Positions 25,192 to 38,200 of a DNA stretch of 64,000 nucleotides are shown one piece after another. The notes beneath the pieces are model-generated. The model was not told the DNA's origin and did no database searches. It worked only from the letters and a program-made list of their open reading frames with translations. The stretch's first letter is position 1; the number at the start of each line of letters is the position of its first letter. Both the position numbers and the translations under genes were made by a program. Source of the DNA: Oculina patagonica (taxonomy: Eukaryota); NCBI RefSeq assembly GCF_052425735.1, contig NC_135761.1, positions 39,246,001 through 39,310,000 on the forward strand. The letters run 5' to 3'.

Positions 25192-28100
25192 GATGCTGGT
25201 AAAGAGGAGATAACAGAAATGGTAAGGAGATCATTGCCCTTTGATTCATCAGCTGCTGCTACCCCAGAAGACCAGAGGAATGTAAAAGAAAGTGTGGCAG
25301 TGACCATTTGAGAAGGTCAAGGTCAAGGTGTCCCTGAACAAAAGATCAAACACATAGAGCTTTCTTTTGTCTGAATGTTTCATTGTTCTTATAAGAAGAA
25401 GATACTTGAAGTTAGAGAATGTAGGAAGCAATTCCTTTCAAATGTAGTTTACATGGTATTACATTTTCTCTGTTACAAACCCCAAACTTCAAGGTATCAG
25501 GCTTATTAACATTCTGTTCATTTACTTTGATACATCTGATTAAGAATGAGTTCTAAATCTTATGCTCATGCCATGTCCAGATCCAGTAGTGGAGAAGAAA
25601 CCAACCGCGTAGCACAACTTGGAGCCCATTGTTTATTTTAAAGAGTATTGCGATAAAAAAGACAAAGAGACTGGGAAACAAATAAAATCTGGCAAGTTTC
25701 ATTTTAAAGATTTGCGAAACAAAAAGGTACAAAGGCTAGATACTAACAGCACTAAGGAGTTTAAGACCCTGTGCAAGGAACTACTGTTCAACAACAGTAG
25801 CTGCTTATGAAGCAGGGAGTCATTTTCCATGCATTTGTACCTCAAATATGTCTTTGCTTGATGCTTGTCAGGCGGATGTTGGGGACAGTTTGTTGGCAGA
25901 AATGGAATTACAGTGCTTACAGAGTGGTTCTACAACAACCGACTACATTCACAACAGCGAACGTCACCGACGGGAGGTGGATCAAGCCAAAAGACTCGGA
26001 AAAGAAATGTTTGATGCTGATCAGGCTGATAGCAACAATGGCCTTTGTATTGATCCGAAGTCTTCCCATCATCCGAAAATGCAATGAAAAATGCAAAAGC
26101 CAAAACAGCCTATGGCAAACATGGCTAATAATGCAGTTGTACTTTAAATGTGAATTTATCATTTTGAGCGAGCAAATTAATCAAAAGTGCGCACCCACTG
26201 TGATCATTGCATTGTATAAATCAAATCATTGTTTATGTAGGTTGAATGTTCTATCAGTTATTACCCTGTTATTATTGTGTACTATTTTGTTTCAGAGAAA
26301 GCAAACTTCCTGTCCTGGATACTGTACTGTTTACAATAGTTGTTGCAAGCCAGAAGTCTGTGACAATAACTAATGTTTCCTTGGGGGTCAATATTTATGT
26401 AAAAATAGTGGGATTTGGTTCACAATGAACACACATTAAGAGTTTCTCAAAGCAGCAGTTGCAAATCCTGCAGACAGAAACAATGTTCTAAATACAAAGG
26501 AAGCTGCTACAGTTCCCATGTTAGGTGTCAGGTGCCAGCTGAAAGCAATATTTAATGAAAACAAGAATGCTACTGGAAGCGTTAAATATGTTGTTTTGAC
26601 AACAAAGACAGAGGAAAAGGGGCATTCAAAACATGGTCATTTTAATATGTATGTATGGGATACAGTGTTACTAACACCCTTGTTGAGCCTACTGCGAAAG
26701 GCTTTGACAAATGCCCAAAGCAACAGAAAATTCAAGTGGAAAAAGATGTACAAAATTAATATTCTATCCTGCTTTATCTGGATAATGCAGTGGAAGAAGG
26801 TGGAGCTAAATGTGAGTTGGTGCAACAGCTAAATGTAGAGTAACAGTCACAGATCCACCATGCATCCAAGCCATTCTTTAACTAGTGACAATGTTGACAT
26901 GAGAATTCTGCCTCGACAGATGACTAATTCAACCGTAAACAAAGATAACCACATGTTCCAGCTGTTGTCCTTCAAGAATTTTCCATCAAACCAAGTCCTT
27001 ATTTCTTCACCTAAGGATCAGGGTCCCAAAGAGTTTTAGGGCTGCAGGGCTCTCACAACAAAAGCGCAGGGCTCCTGCTGTATTGAGGACTCCAGGCTCC
27101 ACTATGCATTTTTAAACTAATGCACAATTAAATCCTACAATTTGTTCGGGATCAAGTACCGAACAATTAACTTTGCCCCCACCAAGACCTCTCATCCCAC
27201 AGGATTGTAATTTGGTATGTTTGATCTAGCCCCTCTATCAGACTTGAAATGCGACGTTCTTGTTACATCAACCCTAGGTCCTTGTGGAGGTCTTATTCGC
27301 CAATGCGATTTAAACAACAACATTAAAAGTTATGTTTATGACGCCTCCACGCAATTGTTGTGAGAGCAAGTTTTTGCTAACTTAAACGATGTTTGCATTA
27401 TTTAAGTGCTTGCTTCATCTTACATAACAGATTTTGGGTGCTTTCCTGCCGTTGAATAGTTCAGGTCATACAAAATATCAATTCACTTTTTACTTTTCAG
27501 AAGAGGAAAACCTACGCTGCTACAACTGCGGTGAGCTAGGCCACAAATTCTTTGAGTGTAAGGAAAAAAAGAGAAGAAACCACCAGAAAAAAACTAGGAT
27601 AATGATGATAGGTCATGTGAACTTAATCCTGGGGGTGGTCAGGACAGAAGAGTTAGAGTTATAGCTAAGGCTTTTCAACCCTTTCCACGTCTAGCAAAAC
27701 TTGGTTTGACCACAACAGAAGTGTGTAACAAACTTACAAGTATTTCTCAAAGATCTTGAGATTCCTGAATATAAAGACTTTTTGTCACAGACCAATTAAA
27801 AACAATTTGAAACTGTAGCCACAAACTGTGATGAACGAAGAAATACCTGTCAACGAATGGCAGAAAAAGATTAAGTTGGCAGAACCGATGTTTATTCTAT
27901 AAAGTTCTAAAATTCTGGGTAAGACAGAAGTGTTTTCCGTTTATGTGTTTATAGTACATCCTGCACATCGATCGGAAAGGCTCAAGGAATCAAATTTAGC
28001 TTTATTGATTGTTGAACTTTCCTCATAATCCAGCATTTTTTCACAATCAACTAGGCATTTTCCCGCCAGGTTTTTTTTTCCTCAAAATCATGCTTGAAAT

Positions 28101-31100
28101 TTGGGGGTGTGGGTTATCTACGAGTGCGGCTTATACACAAGTTTCTACGGTACATCCATAGCATGCAAGACTGTTTTTGTGATTGTCAAAAGAGGGGTAA
28201 GCTTTTTATATATAATACATTTCACGCATGAAACTCGAGTAACTGTCACCTTATAGTTTCTATATTGAATTTGTATTTTGCTCTACATTTATTTGTTTCA
28301 AGCACTCTTGCAAATGTGTGAATCCTTTTATATTTTTTATTGGTTGGGCAGCTACCAGCCCCCAAAGAGGATGCCCACATTGTAAAAAGTTTTAACAATT
28401 TAGTTTTTATTTTTCACCTGAAGAAGACCAAATAGTTGAAAGGTATTATCAAATTTTGTCGGACCAGTCAGAAGTTCGTTGTCTTCAAATTTTCCCAAGT
28501 ACAAAAATCTACAATTCTGCAAGAGATCATTGAATCCTTTACTGGATGTTTCTACTGTGAGTTCTTTGTTTGGTAAGCCTCTTATTACACAAGCTATAAT
28601 ATATTTTAATTTTTTATCTCATTTTAGAATCTTATTTCCATCTATCAAATTTCTTAATTTCTATGGGTGGCTATAAAAGCTCAAACTTGTCCAAAAAACT
28701 ACAGAACGTTCATTGAACTTAATGGAAAGCCTAATGGCGGACCAGTACCATGCAGAACTCTCTCCAAGCATCCTTGGAAAAAGTCTGATGAATACATCAT
28801 ACGACCAGCCTGGCTGTTCAAAAGAATTACAAAGCAACAAAGAGGAATATGCGTACAAAATCCAGTTTCCAGCCTCCAAAAGAGTACACCAAACCCAGTA
28901 GTGGGAACAAGAAAACAACAAAGAAAGCAGATAAACGCAAGGCCACTGAAGCACTCCCTACCACAGAAGCTAAGATCAAAAAGACGGAAATTTCCATCAG
29001 GAAATTAAACGAACATTTAGAAAAAAAGACTTGTCCGAAGACAGTAAGATATTCTGCAGGGGCCAATATTCTGGCAGACGAAGATTTTAAACAAGATATT
29101 AAGACAGTCAAAGAGAAAGCAGAGCAAGGCTTTATCTGCGCTCTAGCAAGGTTTCACTATCGCCATCAAGAAAAACAGAAAATTAAGCTGTATATTTTTA
29201 ATTTGTTTATAGGTTTTTTATATTTTTATATGTTTTTCCCATGTAGTTTTATCTTTTTAAATTTGTTAAGTTTTTTTATAGTCTTAACTTTTATATACAT
29301 TTTTAATTCCTCTATTTTTACCTTTTGAACTTTTTAAAATCTCACAGGACCACTATGATAACAGTACTTTCAAGTACTGATGAGTTAATCATGTTTAAAG
29401 ATTTGTTTAATGTGGCGAAAACAATGCTAATAGTGAGAGGGGGGTCGCCTGGGGGTCACATGGTTTTACAGCTCAGCTTCTGAGGTCAGCTCATTTTCAC
29501 GTGCACTTTTGCCATTCAACTGTCTTTGACATCTTCGCTGTGTTTTCCTTCGATTATTTGCTTGATGATGGATTCTCGTGGCACTAACAATAGTTTGAAT
29601 ACCGCCCCGATGTTGCAGACCACATTGTCTGGAGATGGGGTTTCGTCAGCTTCAGTTGTTTGGTCGGCTGGCGAGAATGTTTTGGCTTCTTTGGCAAGTC
29701 AAGCATCGCAAGTTGTTCATCATCCGGCTGGGTCGTCGACCGGTGGATTTTCGCCGGATTTGGTTGCACTAATTTCACAGACGGTACAAGCTTCTTCAAA
29801 TGCTGTGCCTTCGACTCTAACCCTGCCAAGTTCATCTGCAGCGTTCACTGTGTCTGTCACGCCGCCATGTTCGGTGGGCATTCCTGCCGTAATTCCTTTG
29901 CTCGCTAGTTCCACTGAAAGCTTGTTGGCTTCAGGAACGGGATTCGTCGCTCCACCGGTACAAGGTAGGCCACTTGTTGTACCGTCTTTCGACTCTACGT
30001 TTGCACCGCCTTCTATGTCGTCCTCCGTTTTTAGCGGGTAGGCGTACATGTTTAAAGATTTGTTTATTATTATTAACAAAGACAAAGCTGGAGGAGTCTG
30101 GGAATGCTTTCGTAGCGGACAGACGTTGTTTCGAGTCTCCGAAGAAGACCAGACCAAATGAGAACTTACTTGTAATTTCATCGTCCAAAACATTCCCTGA
30201 AGTTTATATAAAGTTGTCTTAATGCAAAAGTATGACTGAAAAAGGAAAAGGGAAGAAAGAGAAGCGAGCCAGACCGAGTAGCTCAACCAGCGATGAATGC
30301 GATCAAGATGGCCAACATTACGAAGAACTTCTCGCGCACTACAAAGCACTGGAACAAAAAGACGCCGAGAAGAGTGTGGAAATTGCCAAACTAAAAGCTC
30401 TCCTTCAGGAGGCAAAAGACGATTTAAAAGCTCTAAAGACAAAGTAGATGCTCTCGAAGCTTCGGTTTAGTTTACGCAAAAGGAACAAGATGAAGTAAAA
30501 GACCGTTTGACGACATGCGAAAAAGACCAGATCAGACAAGAGAACGAGTTGACCTGCCAAAGCATCTACAGCCGGAGATGGAACTTGCTGTTCTTTAAAA
30601 TTAATGAAAGCAAAGACAAGAATTGCCACCTGCTCATATGATTTAAAATTGACAGACAATGAAGGCAAAGATTTTAATTAACTCATGTGTGTCTGCTAAA
30701 TGTGTCAATAACACAGAGGGTAAAAAAAAAACAAAGTAAAGAGTTAAATAACTACACAAAACCTAAAGAGACACCAAAAGAAACAAACTAACAAACTTAG
30801 CCTCGCACCAAACAAATAAGGAGGAAAAATTCATGAAAACCCTCTTGAATAAAAACCTCACTGATTTCCAAACTTAAGTTACCTCCTGGGGATTGAAATT
30901 TATACCTGTGAACAAATCCAACACAAACAAGATCCAGCGGCATTTAATGCAGCATTTTTAACATTTTAAAAGACGAATGCATCCTTAACATATGTTTCAC
31001 AGAAGACTAAAAGAAGTTCACCCTTTCCATGTAAAATCCCACTGGAACCCACCAGTTCAAAAGTTAGTTGTTGCAGGGTTCTCAGTTGAACCCGTAATCG

Positions 31101-31340
31101 TAACACCAGTCACGGGTGTCACAGGTAAGTGTTACGGCTGTCAAAGTGCTTAAACCAGTCGATCATTTGATCTTTGAAGTGCAGATAAAAGAACAACTTT
31201 TTCAGTAAATTACTGGGTAAACTATTGACTGTTAGTTTCTTTTGCAATGTACCTTTCTTCGGTTTTAGTTGTCGAAGTGAATAGCCTTTCAGCAGACAAC
31301 AGAATGACCGAACAATTGCTTTGCATCTTCGCAACATTGA
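25192..31340 (+). repeat. Copy 2 of ~6.1-kb near-identical direct duplication
   Basis: Same order of ORFs as 18570-24689, with scattered SNPs and small indels. Confidence 0.95.
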
Positions 31341-31537
31341 AATGGGCCACCATATTGAATTTGTAAATTCAAGCCCAGGCCTCTCGCAAATGTCGTCTTT
31401 TTTTAAAAAAACAATGGCCGCTGCAAAGCGAAAGGCCGACCAGCCAGGGATTCTGAACTTTTTTGCAAGAGTTAGATCAATTTTGTTGTTCAGTCATTGT
31501 TCCCTCTATCTTATACTCTTTCTCATTTAGATATAAT

Positions 31538-32411
31538 GGCCGCGGCCGCACTTGGCGAGTTAACGGAGTTATTTCCAATTAATCAATTAAAATTAACTGG
31601 GTTAAAAAAATGTCTAATGCGGCCGCGTATTTGGAGAGTTAACCGACTCTTAACCAAGTTAGCGGTTCCCATGGAAATTAATCAAAGAACAAAAGATTTT
31701 TTAACCGAGTTAGGTTAATTCTAAACTACCTTTCTGCGTGGTTTTAACCAGGTTAGTGGTTTCTTATCAGATTCGACTATTGTCTTGGTTGTCAAATCTG
31801 TCAATCTTCACCGTGTAAGATGAGATGTTCGAGGATTGATGTTTTTCATAACACGCAAACATGGCGGCTGGTCACAATTCGCACAGTTCGTGGTTTAATT
31901 CGTTATTTGCCCTTAGTACTAGAGAACTGGAGAGCCAGGGGAACGATTATTTAGTTCAGGAAGGGATACCGTGGTATCATCAGCAAGCTACTTTGGCTGC
32001 GGCTTCGCCGTATCTGACAAGTCTACACAGTGCATTTACGCCTGCAATTTTTGAAACACCGCATTCGCCTCAGTCATCAGAAGGCGAAAGTTCAAACTGT
32101 TCCACAGCGGGTTCCACAGGAACTTCTCAAACTCAAAAAAAAAAAAAACTGCATAAGACGAGAACGCATTGAAATAATACCCAAACAGTAGGAGAATGAT
32201 GGTACAAATGATAACGTGATCATGGAAGCCGGCAATTTTGCCTGTTTATAAATAGCACGTCACTTCAGTCTGGTTTTGATGCGGCCGCTTAAAAATATTA
32301 ACCGAGTTAGTTTTCGTATAAACCCTACTTTAACGGAGTTAAGTTGTGAGGAAATTTTTAACTGGGTTACTAGAAAATTAACCCAGTTAACTCTCAAGTG
32401 CGGCCGCGGCC
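31538..32411 (+). mobile_element. Non-autonomous PIF/Harbinger element retaining the 5' part of a probable Myb/SANT gene
   Basis: TIRs GGCCGCGGCCGCACTTG / CAAGTGCGGCCGCGGCC with 3-bp TSD AAT. ORF 31861-32172 ends KTRTH*NNTQT, resembling the start of a Myb/trihelix domain. Confidence 0.8.
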
Positions 32412-32424
32412 AATAGCAATTACT

Positions 32425-32620
32425 CAACCCTCCAAGTTTATTTTTTCCTAAGTGGCCATTTGGCCACCAACTACTCAAGTTTGGTCGCCAGTTAAAAATT
32501 TTAGTCACCAAATTAAGCTGATCTTTTCAATCTTTCCTCCCAATTTTAGTCGCCAGGCTGGCGACCTTGGTTCAAATTTAGTCGCCATGGCGACTAAAAT
32601 GGTCTTAACTTGGAGGGTTG
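32425..32620. mobile_element. MITE with 5-bp TSD
   Basis: TIRs CAACCCTCCAAGT / ACTTGGAGGGTTG with TTACT on both sides. The empty site is visible in the family copy at ~54065-54080. Confidence 0.85.
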
Positions 32621-32924
32621 TTACTGGGTCAGTGTGACCTTGAGAATTAGTTTTTGTAAGTGGGTGCTCCCATTAGGAGAGGACTGGTTACTTAATAATG
32701 ATTTGTGTTTGAAATAAATGCCATTAACTCAGAAAGCAAAGCATTGTTATTGCAGGTTAATATTTCATTAAATATTAAACTGATCTTATTTATTTTATAT
32801 TATTATTATATTAGGTAACTTTAATTTAATTGTAATGCTTTATTTTTTCGCTTAGTGTTTTTTGTTTTTATAATTTTCTAGGTACTCTGTAAATCCAAGA
32901 AAAAAAAAAGTTAATGTATGTATG

Positions 32925-33690
32925 TACAAATGCTTCCCCAAGATCCACCCGCTACACAAGATTTTCAACAGACACACGATCAAGCTCAGCTACTCATGTA
33001 TGCCAAACATGAAATCCACTATCGCATCGCACAACAAAAGCATTCTCTCAAATGTCACGCCAGCGCCAACTCAACAATCACGTGATGGGTGCAACTGCAG
33101 GAGAAAGAATGAGTGCCCTCTGGAAGGTCAATGTCTCCAAACCAATGTAGTCTATCAAGCAACAGTGACAAGCGAAACTTCCACGCAATCATACGTAGGA
33201 CTAGTAACAAACTTTAAAGACCGCTACAGAAACCACAATGCATCCTTTCGACACACCAACAAAAGAAATGAAACTGAACTATTAAAACACATCTGCACCC
33301 TTAAAGACGCGAAAAAAAGCCTATCAAATTAAATGGAAAGTGCTAAGAAAGTGCCAGCCATACAATAATAAATGCAATCTATGTCTCCACGAAAAGTTTA
33401 TTATTATCTGTAAAAAAGATCTTTGAAGCTTAAACAAGCGCAACAAATTAGCGAGTTCATGCCCCCATAGAAATAGATTTGTCCTCAAGAACTTTAAAGT
33501 AACGTAATCTACGCAACTGCTACTTAGCAACCATATTTTGAATATTTTGTATCTTGTATTTAACCGCCAGCATTCAAATTAATGGTCATTCGAAAAAATT
33601 GCCTGAAGAGTGTGGTCACCTTTTGACCATACGAAACAGAGCTGTTGCAATAAATCGATGGAATACTATTGAAGCCTGGAACCTTTTTAA
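32925..33690 (+). mobile_element. Penelope-like element 3' part (GIY-YIG endonuclease plus pLTR)
   Basis: KIFNRHTIKLSYSCMPN, CNCRRKNECPLEGQC, VVYQA...YVG...FKDRYRNH, then after a frameshift KCNLCLHEK...SSCPH. Inserted in a (TATG)n tract. Confidence 0.9.
33598..33651 (+). ncRNA. Type I hammerhead ribozyme
   Basis: ATTGC-CTGAAGA-GTGTGGTCA-CCTTT-TGACCATAC-GAAA-CAG-AG-CTG-TT-GCAAT. Intact core, 9-bp stem II, short stem III, GUU triplet, stem I ATTGC/GCAAT. Confidence 0.9.
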
Positions 33691-34509
33691 ATAATTTATG
33701 TATGAACGTATGTATGTAATTTTCTGTTTAATAAGAGATAATTTCAACTTTCCTATCTTCAAAGCAACTGAACAGATAACAAAATGCACACAAAGTTGTT
33801 TGCAGAAAATGAGAAAATATGCCCCCAGAATGAAGGAAAAAGCATTTATGAGCATCTCAAATCGAAATTTTCCCAGGGGAGCATGCCCTCGGACCCCCCT
33901 ACCAGCTTGGGCCTGTAGTTACATGTAGTTACACGCCCTTTGGCGATGTATATTGGTTTTACGCCTGTAACTTCCACAGCAATGGCTATACAAAATTATA
34001 TTGAGAACCCTGGTTGTTGCAGAGAGATTCTTGGAGAAAGTAAAAATAATCTGGCCGAGATAAATACAACTAAAAACAAACTTGTCATGCTAAATGAATG
34101 AAAAGCATTAAATGAATTGAAAAAAAAAAACAAATAAAAGAATTGAACAGTGAAATAACCTGAAGAAACATAAAAAGTAGCTTTGAGATTTTTAAACAAT
34201 TTTTGAGTAGCCTTCTCAGTTATTTTAAGGTTGCTTCCTCATCGTCAGTGGTTCATTTCGTGTGAACATTGTAAACAATATGTAAACAACAGTGATCATC
34301 TTACCTTGACTTTCGATCAACAGGGTTTCTTTTAATTTGTCAGTTTTGAACACAAAAGTTATACAAAGCAGCTTGTGTGTGTTCTATCAGCAGTGGAAAT
34401 TCCAACTAAGAGAAAAAAAAAGCAGTGTTACCTGTGCTCTGTGGCAGCTCTAAACTCATCTTTTTGTAAGCTAAACAATTTAAGGAAAACTGTAATTCTA
34501 TGATTAACA

Positions 34510-35233
34510 AAACTTGACATGCAAGGAAGGTATAGCACTAAACAGTTACATGCAACGATGGAAAAAAATATAACCTTCAAATTTTCTATGCACTTTCATT
34601 CTTGATTTTTTGACGTGTATAAATTCCATGTCACAGAAACAGAGACAATGTGAACACAGCAGAAGTCAGAATAATTCCATCAGAATACACAATTTTTCCG
34701 TTTCTAGTTATTCGAAAGCAACAGAGATCTTGATATTTACTATATCATGCTCAAACTATGCTCAGTCGAAAGCGTGGGGGGGGGGGCATGTTAGTAGAAC
34801 GCGCGAGTTGTTTTTACGAACTGATGCTTCGGACGTAAAACCTCATATAACTATTCATTTATGCTTATTAAAAACTCAAAAAGGCGTCTTCGAACAAGAA
34901 ATATGTGGCTTCAAACTGGAAAACGGTAGTTGCAAACCAGAAACAGTCGAAAAAGGGTATCCGGTCAGCTCTTCTAAAGTGGGTGGGTGGAACGCGAACG
35001 GACCGTGCGAAATCTCAAGCTCCCTGATTCGTTTTTAACTAGAAGACGGTTTGAAGGTAAACGCTAGTGTAAACGCGTACAACTGTGCTCACAGCTACCC
35101 TTTTACGAAAAGAACTGTGTCATAAAGAAATCAATTTTCTTACCTGGGGCTCTCTGGTGTGAAGAAATACCAGTGTAGATGCAGAAATGAAAAATATGGC
35201 GGCCAGAAAAATGTGACGCTGAGTAACCAGGCA
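34510..35233 (-). promoter_or_regulatory. Putative promoter / non-coding exon 1 / intron 1 start (left-facing), paralogous to 51350-51880
   Basis: 23-mer TGCCTGGTTACTCAGCGTCACAT (35233-35211), YY1-like GCCGCCATATT, donor CAG|GTAAG at 35144/35143, CpG-rich. Collinear homology with the right-facing copy. Confidence 0.6.
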
Positions 35234-38200
35234 TCATGCAGCCGCCCCTCCTCATGCCCGGGACCCTCCGCTTGTGCGACCCTGTGGAAAATTGGAGCAC
35301 TGGTCGTCCAGGAGTCCCGTGATCTGTGGAACGCACTGCGTAAATAAACTGCGAACAACGAAAACGCTTAAAGGAAGTTAATGCATTTTTTTCATGTTTT
35401 ATTAACTATATATTTATTTATTATTTGTTAATTAGAAGGAAGTGTCACCTAAAGATTACTAAACAAATTCACTGGTCAAATTTTAAGAAAATTGCATGTG
35501 TTAAACCATAAAAAGTTGATGTGTTTGAACGGTTGTTTTGCATTACAAATTTTAAATTTTCACGTAATACATTCATTCCTTTTGACACCTTTTGTAAAAT
35601 TATTTTTATCATCAAACACTTATTTCATCTTTGACTACGGTATCAATTATATACTTTTGGGAATGTTTGAAATTGAGTGCAATTTCTTATCTAGTGTGCG
35701 TTTTTTTGTAACGAGAGTCAAGGTTTACTTGTGAGATACTTGCAAGAAAACGGTTTTGTTTCACTATTGAACGACAAAGTGAATTCATAATATTTATTTC
35801 GAATTTATTCATTCCTAGGTAGCCTACACTATCAACCATTGTTTCAAGAACAAGGGACATACTTGTTTGCTTATTTATGATTAAATAGATCTTGACCTTT
35901 TTTACCTTAGATTGGTCAACCACGGATTCTTTCGTGAAATAACTTGTTTTCTGACCTTAAGTTCTTTTTATACACTTGTATTCGGTGATATTTTTAGCAG
36001 GAAACCTTGACCTTATTTTCCCACGTTCTGTAAGTGACAAAGAACCTTTTTAACTATTGTACAATTTTTATTAATTTTGTACACTTTTGTTTGAACAACC
36101 ATGCACGCAAGTATTCTTTTAAATTCGGCTTGTACAAACGACTGCTCTAAACTCGTAAACAACTTAGTATTTATTTATGGAAAGGGGTCGGACTGAAGTT
36201 ACCGAATAACACGCCCCTTCTTCTTCGAGTTTAGTGGAAAAGTTGTTGTTGAACTTTTCTAAACATTCTAACTGTACAACTGTCAAATACTTGTAACTAT
36301 TTTTGTTGCAGTACAACAGTGTTTGTAATTTTTATATTGCTCGCGCTGTTTTATTTTGGCCAGTTCACGTTCGGTTCGTAACGAAATTTTGGAAAGAAAA
36401 GTGTTTTCGACATCGCAATTAGCTCGAAGGTTTACCTCAAACGCGCAGTCGTACTACAACGAAAACTAACTGCACAGGTCATTACATAAGCCTAGTAGAT
36501 ACATCAAATTTGACGCTTTGACAGAGATTGACAGCTAGAAATCTGGCCACTTTAAAAGTGTGCGAGCAGCAGCTGCTTTAAACACGAGAGAGTCAGAACG
36601 TCATTGTCAGAGAAGGTTCTACACCTTAGTACAGTGTTTATTAAAAACGTTGGAACAAGGCAGACTGATGACTGTTTAAAAGTGGGAGCTGCTAGTCCCC
36701 CTTATCCCGCTTTTAACACATGCATTGCGAAATTATTAGACATAATAAAGAATGTAGTCGAGGCTTGCTTTGGCCAAAACATATAATAATTCCCAACTCT
36801 CTTTTCGCTTAGAATTATCGTAAAAATGCTTTTCTGGAGCCTGACCTTAAAAACGCAATTTGGAGGACAACGAATGAAAAAAAGATAACGAGCGCAAGAA
36901 AGGTCGTTCAACTAATACCAGCATACGAGTTATATGATTTAATGAGGAGTCTTGGGTCGTTTGCAGTTAGAACCCTCATAGAAAAAAAAACACGTGTATT
37001 AAAACACTCGTTCGGAATCTGTTTACGACAGTCCCATACACATAAAAAAATATTCAGCCTGGAAAACGAAAAATTGTTCTTCAGTAAATGTAAAAATATG
37101 GATGCCATTTTGACACGAATTACCAACCAGGGTACGACAGGAAACAGAACTGAGCAGATTGATGCGGAAAAGGGAAGGATACTAAACCGCTGAGAGAAAT
37201 CTGATCACAGATTACTGTTAAGGCAAGTAACACTTACGACAATTTTCAGTCGAATTTTGCAGAAAATACTGGATATAATAACAACTCGGCCTGAACGTGT
37301 TATTTTACGCGGGTTTGTACTGTATTTCAAACCCAACACCTCGCACGTGAATTTTGCAGAATAAACATGTTTCACCTAGACATACTTGTCATTGCATACC
37401 TATATATTTCATAATACTAATTAATACATATTTCTTTTCGTCTTTTTTGGAAAAAGCTGCCGGGACAACAGTTACCTCGCCTTCAACGTAGATACATAAA
37501 AAAAAAAGTAAAGGCGGACAGTTGTCTTCAAGGTTTTCGGTCATTATTGATAAATGGTTAGGCTGAAAGCCTCATTTTAAAACGCCAAGACAAGTGTATC
37601 TCTTCGGAAACGCCAGCTGGAATTTCAAATCAAAGAAATGTACGTATTGCTGCCTTCATGAAAATCATAGTTGCCTTTTTTGCGTACCCATTCGTCATTT
37701 TTTTCTCTCCGAAAGAAATCTCCGATTTGTCGAAAATGGCAGGCGATCATAAGTATTCATCACAAATATTTACCAAAACCGAAACGGTCTGTTGGGTGCC
37801 CGTAGAAGAATTTCGTCTCAGATTCTTGAATCTGCGGACATTACAAAACGAGCACATCGCTGTCCGCATATTGAACCACATCCACACAGAAAACATCGAT
37901 AACCACTCATAAAGAACAATTGGCTAGATTTATCGAAACCGGGTCAAAGAAAAGTGAGGCCAGTATTCTTAAATATGTACGTTACTGTGCGCCAAGTTGG
38001 CTTAAAACGAAGCAGGAAAAAAGAACAACAGCGCTGAAAGGTAGAGGAGAGAGAGGAGAAGAGAAAAAAAGACTGACATTCCCTCAAGTTTTTATATCGT
38101 AGAGTTTAGAGATAGTTTCTGGCGGGGGAAAACGCGTTTACAGCGATTTCTACTTAAGACATTGAAAATTTTATTAACCTGGTTTTGATAAATCCAGACA

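Larger units (their letters stand above)
31074..34012 (+). mobile_element. Non-autonomous CAGGG-terminal DNA transposon (hAT/P-like) with nested insertions
   Basis: TIRs CAGGGTTCTCA / TGAGAACCCTG with GTTGTTG on both flanks (31067-31073, 34013-34019). Short exon MAAAKRKADQPGILNFFAR at 31414. A second family copy lies at 53688-54687 (-). Confidence 0.85.

Noticed and set aside
24468-25311. Four ORFs of 200-280 aa
   Set aside because: Artefacts of translating through the 500-N gap.
36350-38100. Additional promoter or host first exon in the CpG-richer spacer (YY1-like motifs at ~37100 and ~37735)
   Set aside because: Isolated short motifs with no supporting ORF, paralogue or clear exon structure.
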